Shown here one piece after another: positions 16,296 through 25,712 of a stretch of 64,000 nt of DNA. The notes beneath the pieces were generated by a model. The model had not been told where the DNA came from and ran no database searches. It was given only the letters and a program-made list of their open reading frames with translations. This stretch comes from Planctomycetota bacterium (GTDB lineage Bacteria; Planctomycetota; UBA11346). The stretch spans positions 93,444 to 157,443 of the forward strand of contig JANQLF010000212.1 in NCBI GenBank assembly GCA_028280785.1. Reading direction: 5' to 3'. The position numbers and the translations under genes are program-made. The first letter of the stretch is position 1. Every line of letters starts with the position of its first letter.

Positions 16296-17849
16296 TTAAA
16301 ACGCTTTTTGTCTATAAAAATATACATCAAAAATCTTATTATCTGCCATCGTGTTGCAGGCTAATTGCCAATACGCATCCGAGGAGACATAGGAATCTGC
16401 TTGTTCAGGAAATGGATGATCAAACGTATCGAGGTGTTTACGCAAACGCGTCTGCATGTCTGACTGCACACTCTTTAATTTAGGGCTATTCCACAAATTA
16501 ATTCGTTCATCTGGATCCACTGATAAATCATAGAGTTGATCAACATCCCAAAACTCTGGATGTAAATGCATAGAATAATCGCCGCTTAGTTTACCCATCA
16601 GATTAAACGCATTCGACACAGTACCGGATTTCATTTGCTCAAGCTGCTCATCGGAGTGGCGCCACGAAATATATTTCCAACGTTTGGTACGCACTGCTCG
16701 CGAATAACCCCACTCGAAATAGAGATCTTCACGATCATCACCTGCACCTAGTAATTGATCAAAACGGTTAATACCATCAACATTCTCTGGCTGATTAATT
16801 CCACAGGCCTTGCATAAAGTCGGATAAAGATCGACATTTTGCAATAATGCATGGGTCTCAGAACCAGCGTCTATATGCCCGTCCCAATGCATACTAAATG
16901 GAATACGTACGCCTCCTTGGTAACAAGAAAATTTACTATTGGCTGTTCCAATGCCGTGATCCGTTGAAAACACCACGATCGTATTGTTATCCAAACCTAG
17001 TTCGACCACCTTCTGCCAAATAGCTGCGAAGGAATCATCAGTCCACAAGACACCGGCAGTGCGATGATTTATCGGCAGATCTGCCTCAGATAATCGCGTT
17101 CTAATACTTTCTCGTGACGCCTGCACATCAGTAATAGGCTCGTCCAATAAGCCATATTCAGTCACCAATGCACCATCATCGATAGATTCTACATGTTCTG
17201 GACCATGCATGGTACTGCTTGCCACATTTAAAAAGAACGGTTTATCATTGTGTACATGCTCTTCTAAGAAATTACAGGCTGCTTGGGTTTGCCACTCTAA
17301 ATTATGATAATGCAGTGCTTTTAACGGGCGATTATCAGTATTTCCCCAATTAATACCTTCTGCGTAGTCAAAGCCACCGCCACGCACAAATGCACGCATT
17401 GAATCATAATCTTCTTGTAATTTCTTTGAAACGTCAGGATCTCTTGGATCATCGTCAGGATTAAATTCATGACCATTAAATGTTTTGCGCGGCACACCGG
17501 TATGACATTTGCCAACAAAGCCAGTATGATAACCCGCATTTTGAAAACTTTGAGCCATGGTTTGTGTACCTGGCATAATATCGACATTAAACCCAACATT
17601 ATATATTTGATCAGTTGGGTTACCTTTAAGAAAGCGCGGTGCCGTACAGTGGCCAGGATGCACACCACTCATGTACGAAAAGCGGCTTGGTCCGCAGGCT
17701 GGCGCTGAACAATGAAATTCTGTTGCTCGCACACCGCGCTCTGCAATGGAATCTATATACGGCGTTAAAACGGGTCCATTGTGATAACCCAGCATACCAA
17801 AACCGGTATCATCAGTAATAAACCATAAAACATTAGGCTGCTCGCTCAT
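16296..17849 (-). CDS. type I sulfatase (Cys-type), leaderless
   Basis: NVLWFITDDTGFG metal site and formylglycine motif C-G-P-S-R in HCSAPACGPSRFSYMSG, then STDHG. No signal peptide. Confidence 0.92.
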   Translation of the reverse strand: MSEQPNVLWFITDDTGFGMLGYHNGPVLTPYIDSIAERGVRATEFHCSAPACGPSRFSYMSGVHPGHCTAPRFLKGNPTDQIYNVGFNVDIMPGTQTMAQSFQNAGYHTGFVGKCHTGVPRKTFNGHEFNPDDDPRDPDVSKKLQEDYDSMRAFVRGGGFDYAEGINWGNTDNRPLKALHYHNLEWQTQAACNFLEEHVHNDKPFFLNVASSTMHGPEHVESIDDGALVTEYGLLDEPITDVQASRESIRTRLSEADLPINHRTAGVLWTDDSFAAIWQKVVELGLDNNTIVVFSTDHGIGTANSKFSCYQGGVRIPFSMHWDGHIDAGSETHALLQNVDLYPTLCKACGINQPENVDGINRFDQLLGAGDDREDLYFEWGYSRAVRTKRWKYISWRHSDEQLEQMKSGTVSNAFNLMGKLSGDYSMHLHPEFWDVDQLYDLSVDPDERINLWNSPKLKSVQSDMQTRLRKHLDTFDHPFPEQADSYVSSDAYWQLACNTMADNKIFDVYFYRQKAF

Positions 17850-18135
17850 AGTCGCTAATCCTCCGAGACCAGCGATACTAATAAGGGAACATGAGGAGCA
17901 AGTAATTGATTTATGAATCTAACATTTGGTTTATCAGGGCACAGCTTCCCCGTATCTACATTCATTTTTGCATGCAGTAAAACTCAAATCACCATTCTAC
18001 TACACTTACATTGCAATTTATTCAAAAAGGGTGCACACTTTGTGTTAAGGATGTTAGGAATCACACATCCAATCAATTAATTTCAGGCATACGTGTACAC
18101 AGCCTGCAGATTCTTTTTCCCATGGATGTTCAATC

Positions 18136-20283
18136 ATGTCTCGCATACTACTTTCGACTTTAGGAATCATCATGACTGTATTAACTGCCAACGAACTGAT
18201 CAGTGTTGAAATCGCCAAAGCCCACGATGGTGGTGAAATTCGCTACGATGGGATTTGCTATGACTATCGCGATGCCAAAGCACAAAAAGGCATCAAGCTG
18301 TGGCTACCACCAATCGATGAACCCATTCGGGCTATTTTATTTTTTGGCAATCCAGGTTCTGGTGGCGACACACGCGACAAAGCGTTAAATCGCACTTGGC
18401 AAGACTGGGCCGCACAACGTCAATTGGGTATTGCTGGTGTTACTTGGTTTCGCGGTGGTGAAATTTATCACAAAACCGGAAAAAATATTCTTGCTGTTTT
18501 TAATTCATGGGCAGAGCTTGGTCATCATCCTGAGTTAGCAGACATTCCATTTATTCCACGTGGCAGCAGCAATGCTGGCATGACTGCTTACGGTTTATCG
18601 TGTTATGTGCCTGAACGCATTGTCTGCTTTACCTCTAATGTCGGTGCGCGATACAATCCTTTTATGCCTTCAGAAAAAGCACTGCAAATCCCCGCCCTAC
18701 AACACATTGGTCCGGTTGATCGCTTTATGCCACTCGGTCTTAAAGATACGGCTGAATTGTATCAACGTATTCGCCCATTTAATTCGCTTTGGGCTTGGGA
18801 CGCTGAAGAAGGAAAAGGTCATCAGGATTTCAGCCAGCTACATATCGACTTAGCCTTTTATTCAGAAATTCTTGATAGACGTTTACCCCAAGCAGGTGCA
18901 GATATCCAAACGGTTCAATACGACGAAGCATGGTTAGCCGACACCAGTACCTGGGCCAATCGCTGGCCACCACGTCCGTGCCACATTGCCAGTTTTAAAG
19001 ATTATAAAGGCAATAAAGATACCGCCGTTTGGCTTGCTGGTGAAGCCACTGCCAAGGCCTACCAAGCTGCCGCCTCTTATCATAAACGCATTCAATTAAC
19101 AATCGACGACCTTGTTACAGTCGGTCCAGCCGACGGACAATGGAATATTAATGATGCTGATTTACCTACGGTCAATCCTGATGAAGAAATTGTTCTGCGT
19201 ATTAAACCCTTGCAAAAGAATCGCATGATTAATTGGAGCAAAATCGAATTCTTTAATGGTTCTCAATTAATTGGCACTGTCACTCAAGGCAATGAGCCTG
19301 TGTTGAAAACCAAAGCACTCCCAGGGAAAATTGAACAAGTATTCACCGTTATTGCATACGACGATGAAAGTGGTGCTGAATACGTTGCTAATCCCTTTGG
19401 TGTGGTTGTTCGCAATAAATCTATGAGTGATCGCATCGGTGAACAAATGCAAACTTATCATCAAGCAATCGCAGCACCATCAGTCCCACACGGAACCGCA
19501 CTAGACAAGCTTGCTTCGATCGAAACAGGAAATGACAAACTAATTGCGCACGCATTAAATGAACAACAAAGTGCTGAACTTATACAGTCGGACTCCCTGC
19601 CTGGCTTTTGGCAAGATGTTCCGGTCACATCACTTGCTCAGATTACCCGACATGATCATAGCGTTGGGCGTGATAAAGCGAAAAAGCCACAAGATATAGG
19701 TGTGGAAATGCGCGCGGTGTATTGTCGCGCTGGCCTCGGCCTTTTGTGCTTAGTCACTGATGACGACCTCAATGTTAAAGATGGTTTTGATTGGCATTGT
19801 TCATGGCAAGACCCGCGTGAATTTTCCAAGAAATCCGTTTTAGAAAATTATATTACTGGCGAACGTGATTTATTATTAGAAGCAGTACAATATCATGCCA
19901 GCTTTGAACAAGCAGGTGGAACATTGATCCGCAATATTCCGCGCGGTGGCTTGCTACACTTAGGCGATCGCAAGCAAACATTGCAAGAAGCATTTGAACA
20001 AGAAGGCATTAAAATTACTTTCCAAAATTGGTCTGATGGACGTCAAGCCGTGCAATGGTTTTTACCATGGTCGGCCGTTGGTATACCTGCGCAACGCGAA
20101 CAGCCAGTTGCCGGAACACATTTAGCATTAGTACTTGGCGTTAATGATCACGATGAACAAGATGATAATTCCAGCCTACGTTGGCCACATGCTCGTGATC
20201 CATGGCATAATCATGACTTTGATCATCCACATCCACAAGTGTGGGGCTCGCTCGTTCTTGGGTCTGCTTTACCTAGAAAATAA
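18136..20283 (+). CDS. secreted or anchored protein of unknown function (possible alpha/beta-hydrolase-like N-domain; tentative)
   Basis: N-terminal hydrophobic segment MSRILLSTLGIIMTVLTA. The ILFFGNPGSGGD and PRGSSNAGMTAYG segments vaguely resemble an oxyanion hole and nucleophile elbow. The C-terminal half has no motif I can name with confidence. Confidence 0.45.
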   Translation: MSRILLSTLGIIMTVLTANELISVEIAKAHDGGEIRYDGICYDYRDAKAQKGIKLWLPPIDEPIRAILFFGNPGSGGDTRDKALNRTWQDWAAQRQLGIAGVTWFRGGEIYHKTGKNILAVFNSWAELGHHPELADIPFIPRGSSNAGMTAYGLSCYVPERIVCFTSNVGARYNPFMPSEKALQIPALQHIGPVDRFMPLGLKDTAELYQRIRPFNSLWAWDAEEGKGHQDFSQLHIDLAFYSEILDRRLPQAGADIQTVQYDEAWLADTSTWANRWPPRPCHIASFKDYKGNKDTAVWLAGEATAKAYQAAASYHKRIQLTIDDLVTVGPADGQWNINDADLPTVNPDEEIVLRIKPLQKNRMINWSKIEFFNGSQLIGTVTQGNEPVLKTKALPGKIEQVFTVIAYDDESGAEYVANPFGVVVRNKSMSDRIGEQMQTYHQAIAAPSVPHGTALDKLASIETGNDKLIAHALNEQQSAELIQSDSLPGFWQDVPVTSLAQITRHDHSVGRDKAKKPQDIGVEMRAVYCRAGLGLLCLVTDDDLNVKDGFDWHCSWQDPREFSKKSVLENYITGERDLLLEAVQYHASFEQAGGTLIRNIPRGGLLHLGDRKQTLQEAFEQEGIKITFQNWSDGRQAVQWFLPWSAVGIPAQREQPVAGTHLALVLGVNDHDEQDDNSSLRWPHARDPWHNHDFDHPHPQVWGSLVLGSALPRK

Positions 20284-20284
20284 T

Positions 20285-21547
20285 TTAGGCAGCGCGCAGG
20301 GCTTCTATTGGAACGACCTGTGCCGCTTGCTTAGCTGGCCAATAACCAAAAACAATGCCAGTAATAACCGCGGCAATAAAGCCAACGGATATATTTGCTA
20401 AGGTTACTAAAACTGGCCAACCCGCATAATTGGCGACCGCTAAAGTTAAACCGTAGCCAAGCGCAATGCCAAGCAGGCCTCCAAACGCAGAGAGCACACT
20501 CGCCTCAAAACAAAATTGAAATAAAATATCACGTTGTCGTGCACCGAGCGCACGCCGGGTTCCAATCTCGCGCTTACGTTCAGAGACATTAGCCAACATA
20601 ATATTCATAATGCCAATTCCTCCGACCAATAAAGAAATACCTGCAATAGTTGTCATAACTAACGAAAAAATTCGCTTAGTGCTTTCCTGCTGACGTAAAA
20701 TAGCCAAGGGAATTTGCATACTGCAATCACCTATGCGGTTTTCTTTATCTAACCAACGACGTAAACGCAATGCCATTGGCTGAACAAATTTGGCAGACTC
20801 GAGATCAACCATAATTGCATCAATTTGGGCAATTGGTTGGTTTTGCTCATCAAAGTAAGGATCACCACTCACATTGATCGCTGTGGCTAATGGGATAAAA
20901 ATAACATCGTCTATGTCAGTTCCCGCCAACGCAGTTGTATCATTCGTATTATCAAGCACACCAACTACGGTAAACGGCATGCCTAAAATATCGATGTGTT
21001 TACCAATAGGATCGTTAAATAAGAAGATACTACGCGCGGCTTTCTTACCGATAACACAATGATTTGCCAATCGTTGTTCATCGAGATCATTTAAAAAGCG
21101 ACCGCTGGTCATTGTTGCGCCAACTAATTGCTGATAAATTGCATTGGTAGCCACCACCGAAACAGCAGTCTCGCGCCCTTGCATCGAAAACACACTCGAT
21201 TTTAAAATGCGTGCAGCTGCAATATGTTCAACACCAGGCATATTTTCACGGATATGCTGACAGTCCTTCAGCAGCAAACCTGGCCGTTCTACTTTGGCAA
21301 TTTCACTATCTTCTTCATCTAAGGTTTTTTCAACTAACTCGGTGCGCAAAAATATTTTATCGACACCAAGTGTGGCAATACCGGCCAAGGCTTCTTCTTT
21401 AGCCCCTTCACCGATACATAACATAGCCTGAACAGCTGCGACACCAAAAACAATACCAAGCGTTGCTAGTGCTGTGCGAAAACGCCTAAAATAAAGGTCG
21501 GCGATCGAAACAGAGACCGCATCAATAATATTCATACGACCAGACAC
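20285..21547 (-). CDS. MacB/DevC/LolC-type ABC transporter permease (FtsX fold with periplasmic domain)
   Basis: The N-terminus ...FRRFRTALATLGIVFGVAAVQAMLCIGEGAKE is the typical TM1. A roughly 230-aa periplasmic domain follows, then three C-terminal TMs with ...ERKREIGTRRALGARQRDILFQF.... It overlaps the ATPase gene by 16 nt. Confidence 0.88.
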   Translation of the reverse strand: MSGRMNIIDAVSVSIADLYFRRFRTALATLGIVFGVAAVQAMLCIGEGAKEEALAGIATLGVDKIFLRTELVEKTLDEEDSEIAKVERPGLLLKDCQHIRENMPGVEHIAAARILKSSVFSMQGRETAVSVVATNAIYQQLVGATMTSGRFLNDLDEQRLANHCVIGKKAARSIFLFNDPIGKHIDILGMPFTVVGVLDNTNDTTALAGTDIDDVIFIPLATAINVSGDPYFDEQNQPIAQIDAIMVDLESAKFVQPMALRLRRWLDKENRIGDCSMQIPLAILRQQESTKRIFSLVMTTIAGISLLVGGIGIMNIMLANVSERKREIGTRRALGARQRDILFQFCFEASVLSAFGGLLGIALGYGLTLAVANYAGWPVLVTLANISVGFIAAVITGIVFGYWPAKQAAQVVPIEALRAA

Positions 21548-22212
21548 CCATCGCGCATTTTTAAGACTTTTTGTACACGACTTTGATACTCGCTATTATG
21601 CGTCACCATGATAATGGTTTTACCCGCATCAATAAGACCATCGAATATATCAAGTATCTCTTCGCCACGTTGCTGGTCTAAATTACCGGTTGGTTCATCT
21701 GCCAGTATTAATGGTGGATCAATTGATAATGCACGAGCAATAGCAACACGTTGCATTTCACCGCCTGATAATTGGCTGGGTCGATTATAAAGGCGATGAC
21801 TTAATCCGACTCGTTCAGCCAGCGCTTCGGCACGATCTTGGCGTTCCTGACGCGACATCCGCGCATAGAGCATTGGCACCATAATATTGGACAAAACATC
21901 ATACTGCGGAAATAAATTAAAACTTTGGAAAATGAAACCGATTTCTTTATTTCTCACAGCGGCCAAATCATGATCACCAAGATTTGCCACCTCTCGATCA
22001 TTTAAGTGATAGGAACCTTTATCTGGCACATCCAATAGGCCAAGAATGTTTAGCATGGTACTTTTGCCTGAGCCGGAAGGACCCATGATCGCTACATACT
22101 CACCAGGATGAATATCAAAATCGATATCCTTCAAAACCTCTATTGGGGTATGACCAATTTGATAGGTTTTGTGAATATCCTTGAGACTCAGTAATGGCTT
22201 AGTGGCAATCAT
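21532..22212 (-). CDS. ABC transporter ATP-binding protein (MacB/LolD/DevA type)
   Basis: Walker [10 protein letters not shown], signature [15 protein letters not shown], Walker [13 protein letters not shown] and H-loop VTHN. Its start overlaps the MFP stop in ATGA (22209-22212). Confidence 0.95.
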   Translation of the reverse strand: MIATKPLLSLKDIHKTYQIGHTPIEVLKDIDFDIHPGEYVAIMGPSGSGKSTMLNILGLLDVPDKGSYHLNDREVANLGDHDLAAVRNKEIGFIFQSFNLFPQYDVLSNIMVPMLYARMSRQERQDRAEALAERVGLSHRLYNRPSQLSGGEMQRVAIARALSIDPPLILADEPTGNLDQQRGEEILDIFDGLIDAGKTIIMVTHNSEYQSRVQKVLKMRDGCLVV

Positions 22213-23684
22213 TGCATCACAGACGTCAGGTCTTCAGCAGGATCAATTAAAGTAACTACATCCTTTTCTTTGATACCTTCAGCAATTTCCACAACAAATG
22301 CATTCATAATGCCGAGCTTCACATCACGTCGAATAAATTCTTCCGCATCTTTTACGTAACAGAAATACGCCCCATCTTCGCTAAAAATCGCTTCAATCGG
22401 AACAGCTATTATCGCCTCTTTGGTTTCACCAATTAAGGTCACACGCGCGGTCATGCCACTGACCATCCGTGAATCATGACCCGTTAATTCAACCGTACCG
22501 GTATACACTTTTGGACTTGATGGATTATTGCGCTGACGCGGTTTGGCTAATTGAGATATAGATTGCAGAACACCTTCTATCATTAATCCAGGAATGGCTG
22601 GGATCTCTATCTGCGCCTTGCAACCAACAGCTATACGTCCACGTGCATGTTCAGAAATAGGCACCTGCACCGAGAATTTACTCATATCCGGAATAGTCAT
22701 CAGTGTATAATTCCGATACGCATTACCCCCAGCTTTTAACTCACGACGTATCCAATGCTGATTGCCTGCTTTTGGATCGCCATAAATAACCACACCAGAA
22801 ACTGGTGCGGTTACTTCACATTTACCCAAAGCTTCGGTGGCCTTCGTTAGTCGACGTTTATATTGTTCTATTTGCTTTTCTAAATTGGTTAATTTATTTT
22901 TATGATTAACCATGGCCTGTTTGGCCCGTCCTTTTTCCTTATCCACTTCTAATCGAGCCCGTTCTAAATCACGCTGGCGCTTTAACATCTCCTTTGGATA
23001 AGTGCGGCTTTTGTAGAGATTTTTTTCGTTGATAGCAGCTTCCAATTGCTTCAATGTGTTGGTTATCGATGTTTTCGCCGCATTGAATTCTTTTTCTAAC
23101 TTTTCACGGACATCAGCTTCAACAAATACGCTTTCATCAAGCTTATTTTGTTTTTTATCAAATTCAGTTCGTGACTGAGTCAACTTCTGTTCAGCATCCT
23201 CGATCTTTTTATCTAACTCGTTGCTCTTTTTAATACTATCGATCTGCTTAAATTTACGCAGCGCTTCCTTTGCTTCATCATATTTAATCTGTGCATCTTC
23301 GATCCAACTTTGAGCAATATTTTCTTCGGTCTCAGTGGCTTCAGTGTAGAAGATCAAATCTTCTTCCTTTTTCTTCAATTCTATAGTATTATTTTTAATT
23401 TCATCTTCGTACTGCTTACGCTCCAACACTAATACCTTATCACCTTTTTTAACTTCAGTTCCCTCTTTGATGATCCACTCAATTTTTCCACGAATTGAAC
23501 GCACACCATGTGATTTGACGGCCTGCAATTGTCCGCTTTCAACGGTACCAACCGAAATATCTTGGCGTTCAACAGTGTACAACAACGCTTCGTCAATTTG
23601 ATGCTTTTCAGGCAAGACATCACCGCTCAGGTACCACCAGGCACCTGCAGCGATGAGTAGACAGATACTAACCCATTTAATCAT
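22209..23684 (-). CDS. HlyD/MacA-family membrane fusion protein (periplasmic adaptor) with an extended coiled-coil hairpin
   Basis: N-terminal TM anchor MIKWVSICLLIAAGAWWYL. Lipoyl-like halves (...GTEVKKGDKVLVLE... / ...VTAPVSGVVIYG...) bracket a K/E-rich heptad region of about 200 residues (roughly aa 90-290). Confidence 0.88.
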   Translation of the reverse strand: MIKWVSICLLIAAGAWWYLSGDVLPEKHQIDEALLYTVERQDISVGTVESGQLQAVKSHGVRSIRGKIEWIIKEGTEVKKGDKVLVLERKQYEDEIKNNTIELKKKEEDLIFYTEATETEENIAQSWIEDAQIKYDEAKEALRKFKQIDSIKKSNELDKKIEDAEQKLTQSRTEFDKKQNKLDESVFVEADVREKLEKEFNAAKTSITNTLKQLEAAINEKNLYKSRTYPKEMLKRQRDLERARLEVDKEKGRAKQAMVNHKNKLTNLEKQIEQYKRRLTKATEALGKCEVTAPVSGVVIYGDPKAGNQHWIRRELKAGGNAYRNYTLMTIPDMSKFSVQVPISEHARGRIAVGCKAQIEIPAIPGLMIEGVLQSISQLAKPRQRNNPSSPKVYTGTVELTGHDSRMVSGMTARVTLIGETKEAIIAVPIEAIFSEDGAYFCYVKDAEEFIRRDVKLGIMNAFVVEIAEGIKEKDVVTLIDPAEDLTSVMQ

Positions 23685-23693
23685 CGCTGCACC

Positions 23694-25007
23694 TTACTGA
23701 ATCAAATCTTGTTGTTGCTCTAAGGCTTTCTTCTCGGCCTCTTTCTTTAATCGCAGTTTTTCTTTCTTCGGATCACGCATCTCTGGTGGCGTTAATAAAT
23801 CACCATCGAGCTGTTCCATGCCACGACCCGGAATATGAATACGCGCTTCGCCACTTTTCCCGTCATCCAAAATATGAATGCGTAAGAAAAATAAGAGCTG
23901 CGTACGCGCGTGCGTTTCGCGACGGCTGCGGAACAAAGCACCTAATAATGGAATATCCCCAAGTATTGGGGTTTTACGAATACTCTCGCGATCTTCTTCA
24001 CGAACCAATCCACCAATTGATAAGACTTCACCATCTTTAAGACGTAATGTCGCACGCATTTGTCGAACTGCCAAAATCGGACTCGTTGCACCTTCAGGAC
24101 CAGTAGAAAAACCAGTTACTGCTGAGACCTCAGGATTCACTTCAATTTCAGCTGTGTCGCCGGCAATTTGCAGAGCCTTAACCCGTAACTTTACACCCAC
24201 CTGTTTAAATGTTGTCGATACCTGAATATTACCACCGGAAAAGGTTGAAGAGAAAATAGGAACTTCTTCACCAGTAATAATGCTGGTTTGCCCACCAGCA
24301 GCGACGACGACATTAGGGCTTGATAAAATATTCGCCTGCCCTTTGTTTACTAAAGCGCGAAAAAACGTGTCCAAGCGTTTTAAACCATCAGTACTGGTCC
24401 ACGGACGTAAATTTAACAATGAACCCTGATCAACTAAGGGCGCATTGCCTGGTGTATCTAAATCAATTTCAGAGCCGGTTTGCACACCACCACGCAAACC
24501 ACCAGATGTTTGAGTGAACAAATGATTGAGCTCAATTTCCAAATCATCATCCAAATTCACTTCTACGAGTCGTGCTTCCACCAATAGCTGTGGTCGCGAC
24601 TGATCGAGCTCTTTTAACAATTCGAGCAGCTCAGAAACCCGTCCCGACATTTCGGATAAAATAACCGCGTTCAACTCACCGGATATCGACAGCGTGCCCT
24701 CGAGACCAATAAAGGATTTAACAGCATCACGCAGCGTTTCTGGGCGTTGATGTTTACAATAATAAATCAAATGAGACCGATCACCGGTATTAACAATACG
24801 TGGCTCTGGCACTGCGTGCACAATCCCTGTATTATTAATCATATTCCTGATTACTAATGGGGGCGTTTCACTAAAAAGTACTGAGCCAGTAACTTGTTTA
24901 CGCGGTTTGCTGCAGGCGCTTACAGCTAAGCAGCACATGACCATTCCGGTCAGGATAATCGATTTTCTCAAAGCTAATCTCGATACGATAGAGTGGTGGA
25001 TGCGCAC
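23694..25007 (-). CDS. secretin-family outer-membrane channel, predicted lipoprotein
   Basis: GTG start and signal peptide with lipobox (...GMVMCCLAVSAC). One secretin-N-type domain. Canonical C-domain ANILSSPNVVVAAGGQTSIITGEEVPIF...VGVKLRVKA...LKDGEVLSIGGL...TPILGDIPLLGALFRS. Lys/Glu-rich C-terminal tail. The stop lies 9 nt before the MFP start. Confidence 0.88.
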   Translation of the reverse strand: MRIHHSIVSRLALRKSIILTGMVMCCLAVSACSKPRKQVTGSVLFSETPPLVIRNMINNTGIVHAVPEPRIVNTGDRSHLIYYCKHQRPETLRDAVKSFIGLEGTLSISGELNAVILSEMSGRVSELLELLKELDQSRPQLLVEARLVEVNLDDDLEIELNHLFTQTSGGLRGGVQTGSEIDLDTPGNAPLVDQGSLLNLRPWTSTDGLKRLDTFFRALVNKGQANILSSPNVVVAAGGQTSIITGEEVPIFSSTFSGGNIQVSTTFKQVGVKLRVKALQIAGDTAEIEVNPEVSAVTGFSTGPEGATSPILAVRQMRATLRLKDGEVLSIGGLVREEDRESIRKTPILGDIPLLGALFRSRRETHARTQLLFFLRIHILDDGKSGEARIHIPGRGMEQLDGDLLTPPEMRDPKKEKLRLKKEAEKKALEQQQDLIQ

Positions 25008-25067
25008 GAGACGTAGAGAATTTCAGAACCTGTCCGGGTTTTTATAACAGATAAGGGGTTCAAAGCA

Positions 25068-25535
25068 TTAAGCAGCGATAGCGTTGCTCCACTTCTGGTC
25101 TAGTGCTGTTTTTATTTGTTTACGCTGCATTTGATAAGCCTCGTTGCTGAGGCACCACTTTAAAAACCGTATGACCGCGCGTCGTTGCTTAATGTTTAAG
25201 GTAGCAAATCGACCTTGGCCACGATGGCTCACATTGGTCAGATGAAAGAGAATCTTATGATTCCCTTCGCCGCGCAATTCCGCCAACATATAAGCTGGTA
25301 AATGAAAACGCATGCCATCGGCATTAAAAAAGTGTAGAGAGGTCTCACATTCAATGAGTGTTTCGGTAGTCAATCTACCCCAATCTCGCTTTTCATCATT
25401 ATCGCGGATCTTTCGCAACGTGTCGAGATCAAGTTCTTCATCTATCCCTTGAGCCTCACGCAATCCTATCCCATCACCTAACTCGACACCTTGAAAGGCT
25501 TTTTGAATACACTTCATGATTTTCTCAGAGTCCAT
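25068..25535 (-). CDS. small cytoplasmic protein of an uncharacterised conserved family
   Basis: The start is taken at the internal ATG (25535), which is preceded by GGAGG with a 5-nt spacer. The sequence MDSEKIMKCIQKAFQGVELGDGIGLREAQ...FFNADGMRFHLPAYMLAE... resembles a DUF-type family I cannot name with certainty. Confidence 0.55.
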   Translation of the reverse strand: MDSEKIMKCIQKAFQGVELGDGIGLREAQGIDEELDLDTLRKIRDNDEKRDWGRLTTETLIECETSLHFFNADGMRFHLPAYMLAELRGEGNHKILFHLTNVSHRGQGRFATLNIKQRRAVIRFLKWCLSNEAYQMQRKQIKTALDQKWSNAIAA

Positions 25536-25712
25536 GATGACCTCCCTACTATAATTTAGTGGTCGCTGAATGGCAAAAGTGGACAAAGTTTTTAAATCTA
25601 ATGAGAAACTTAACTTACAAATAATCCTTATTCGCATCGGGTTGGTTACAAATCTTTTACGCACTAACGGCCTTCTTAATCGTCTAATGGTCTGAACAGA
25701 AGGAGATAAACC

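Noticed and set aside
15394-16330. Several 94-103-aa antisense ORFs within the PDZ and coiled-coil genes, and similar Ser-rich ORFs at 50886..51163
   Set aside because: They are mirror images of low-complexity K/E/A-rich coding sequence. The antisense of GAA/AAA/GCN repeats gives long stop-free S/F/L frames.
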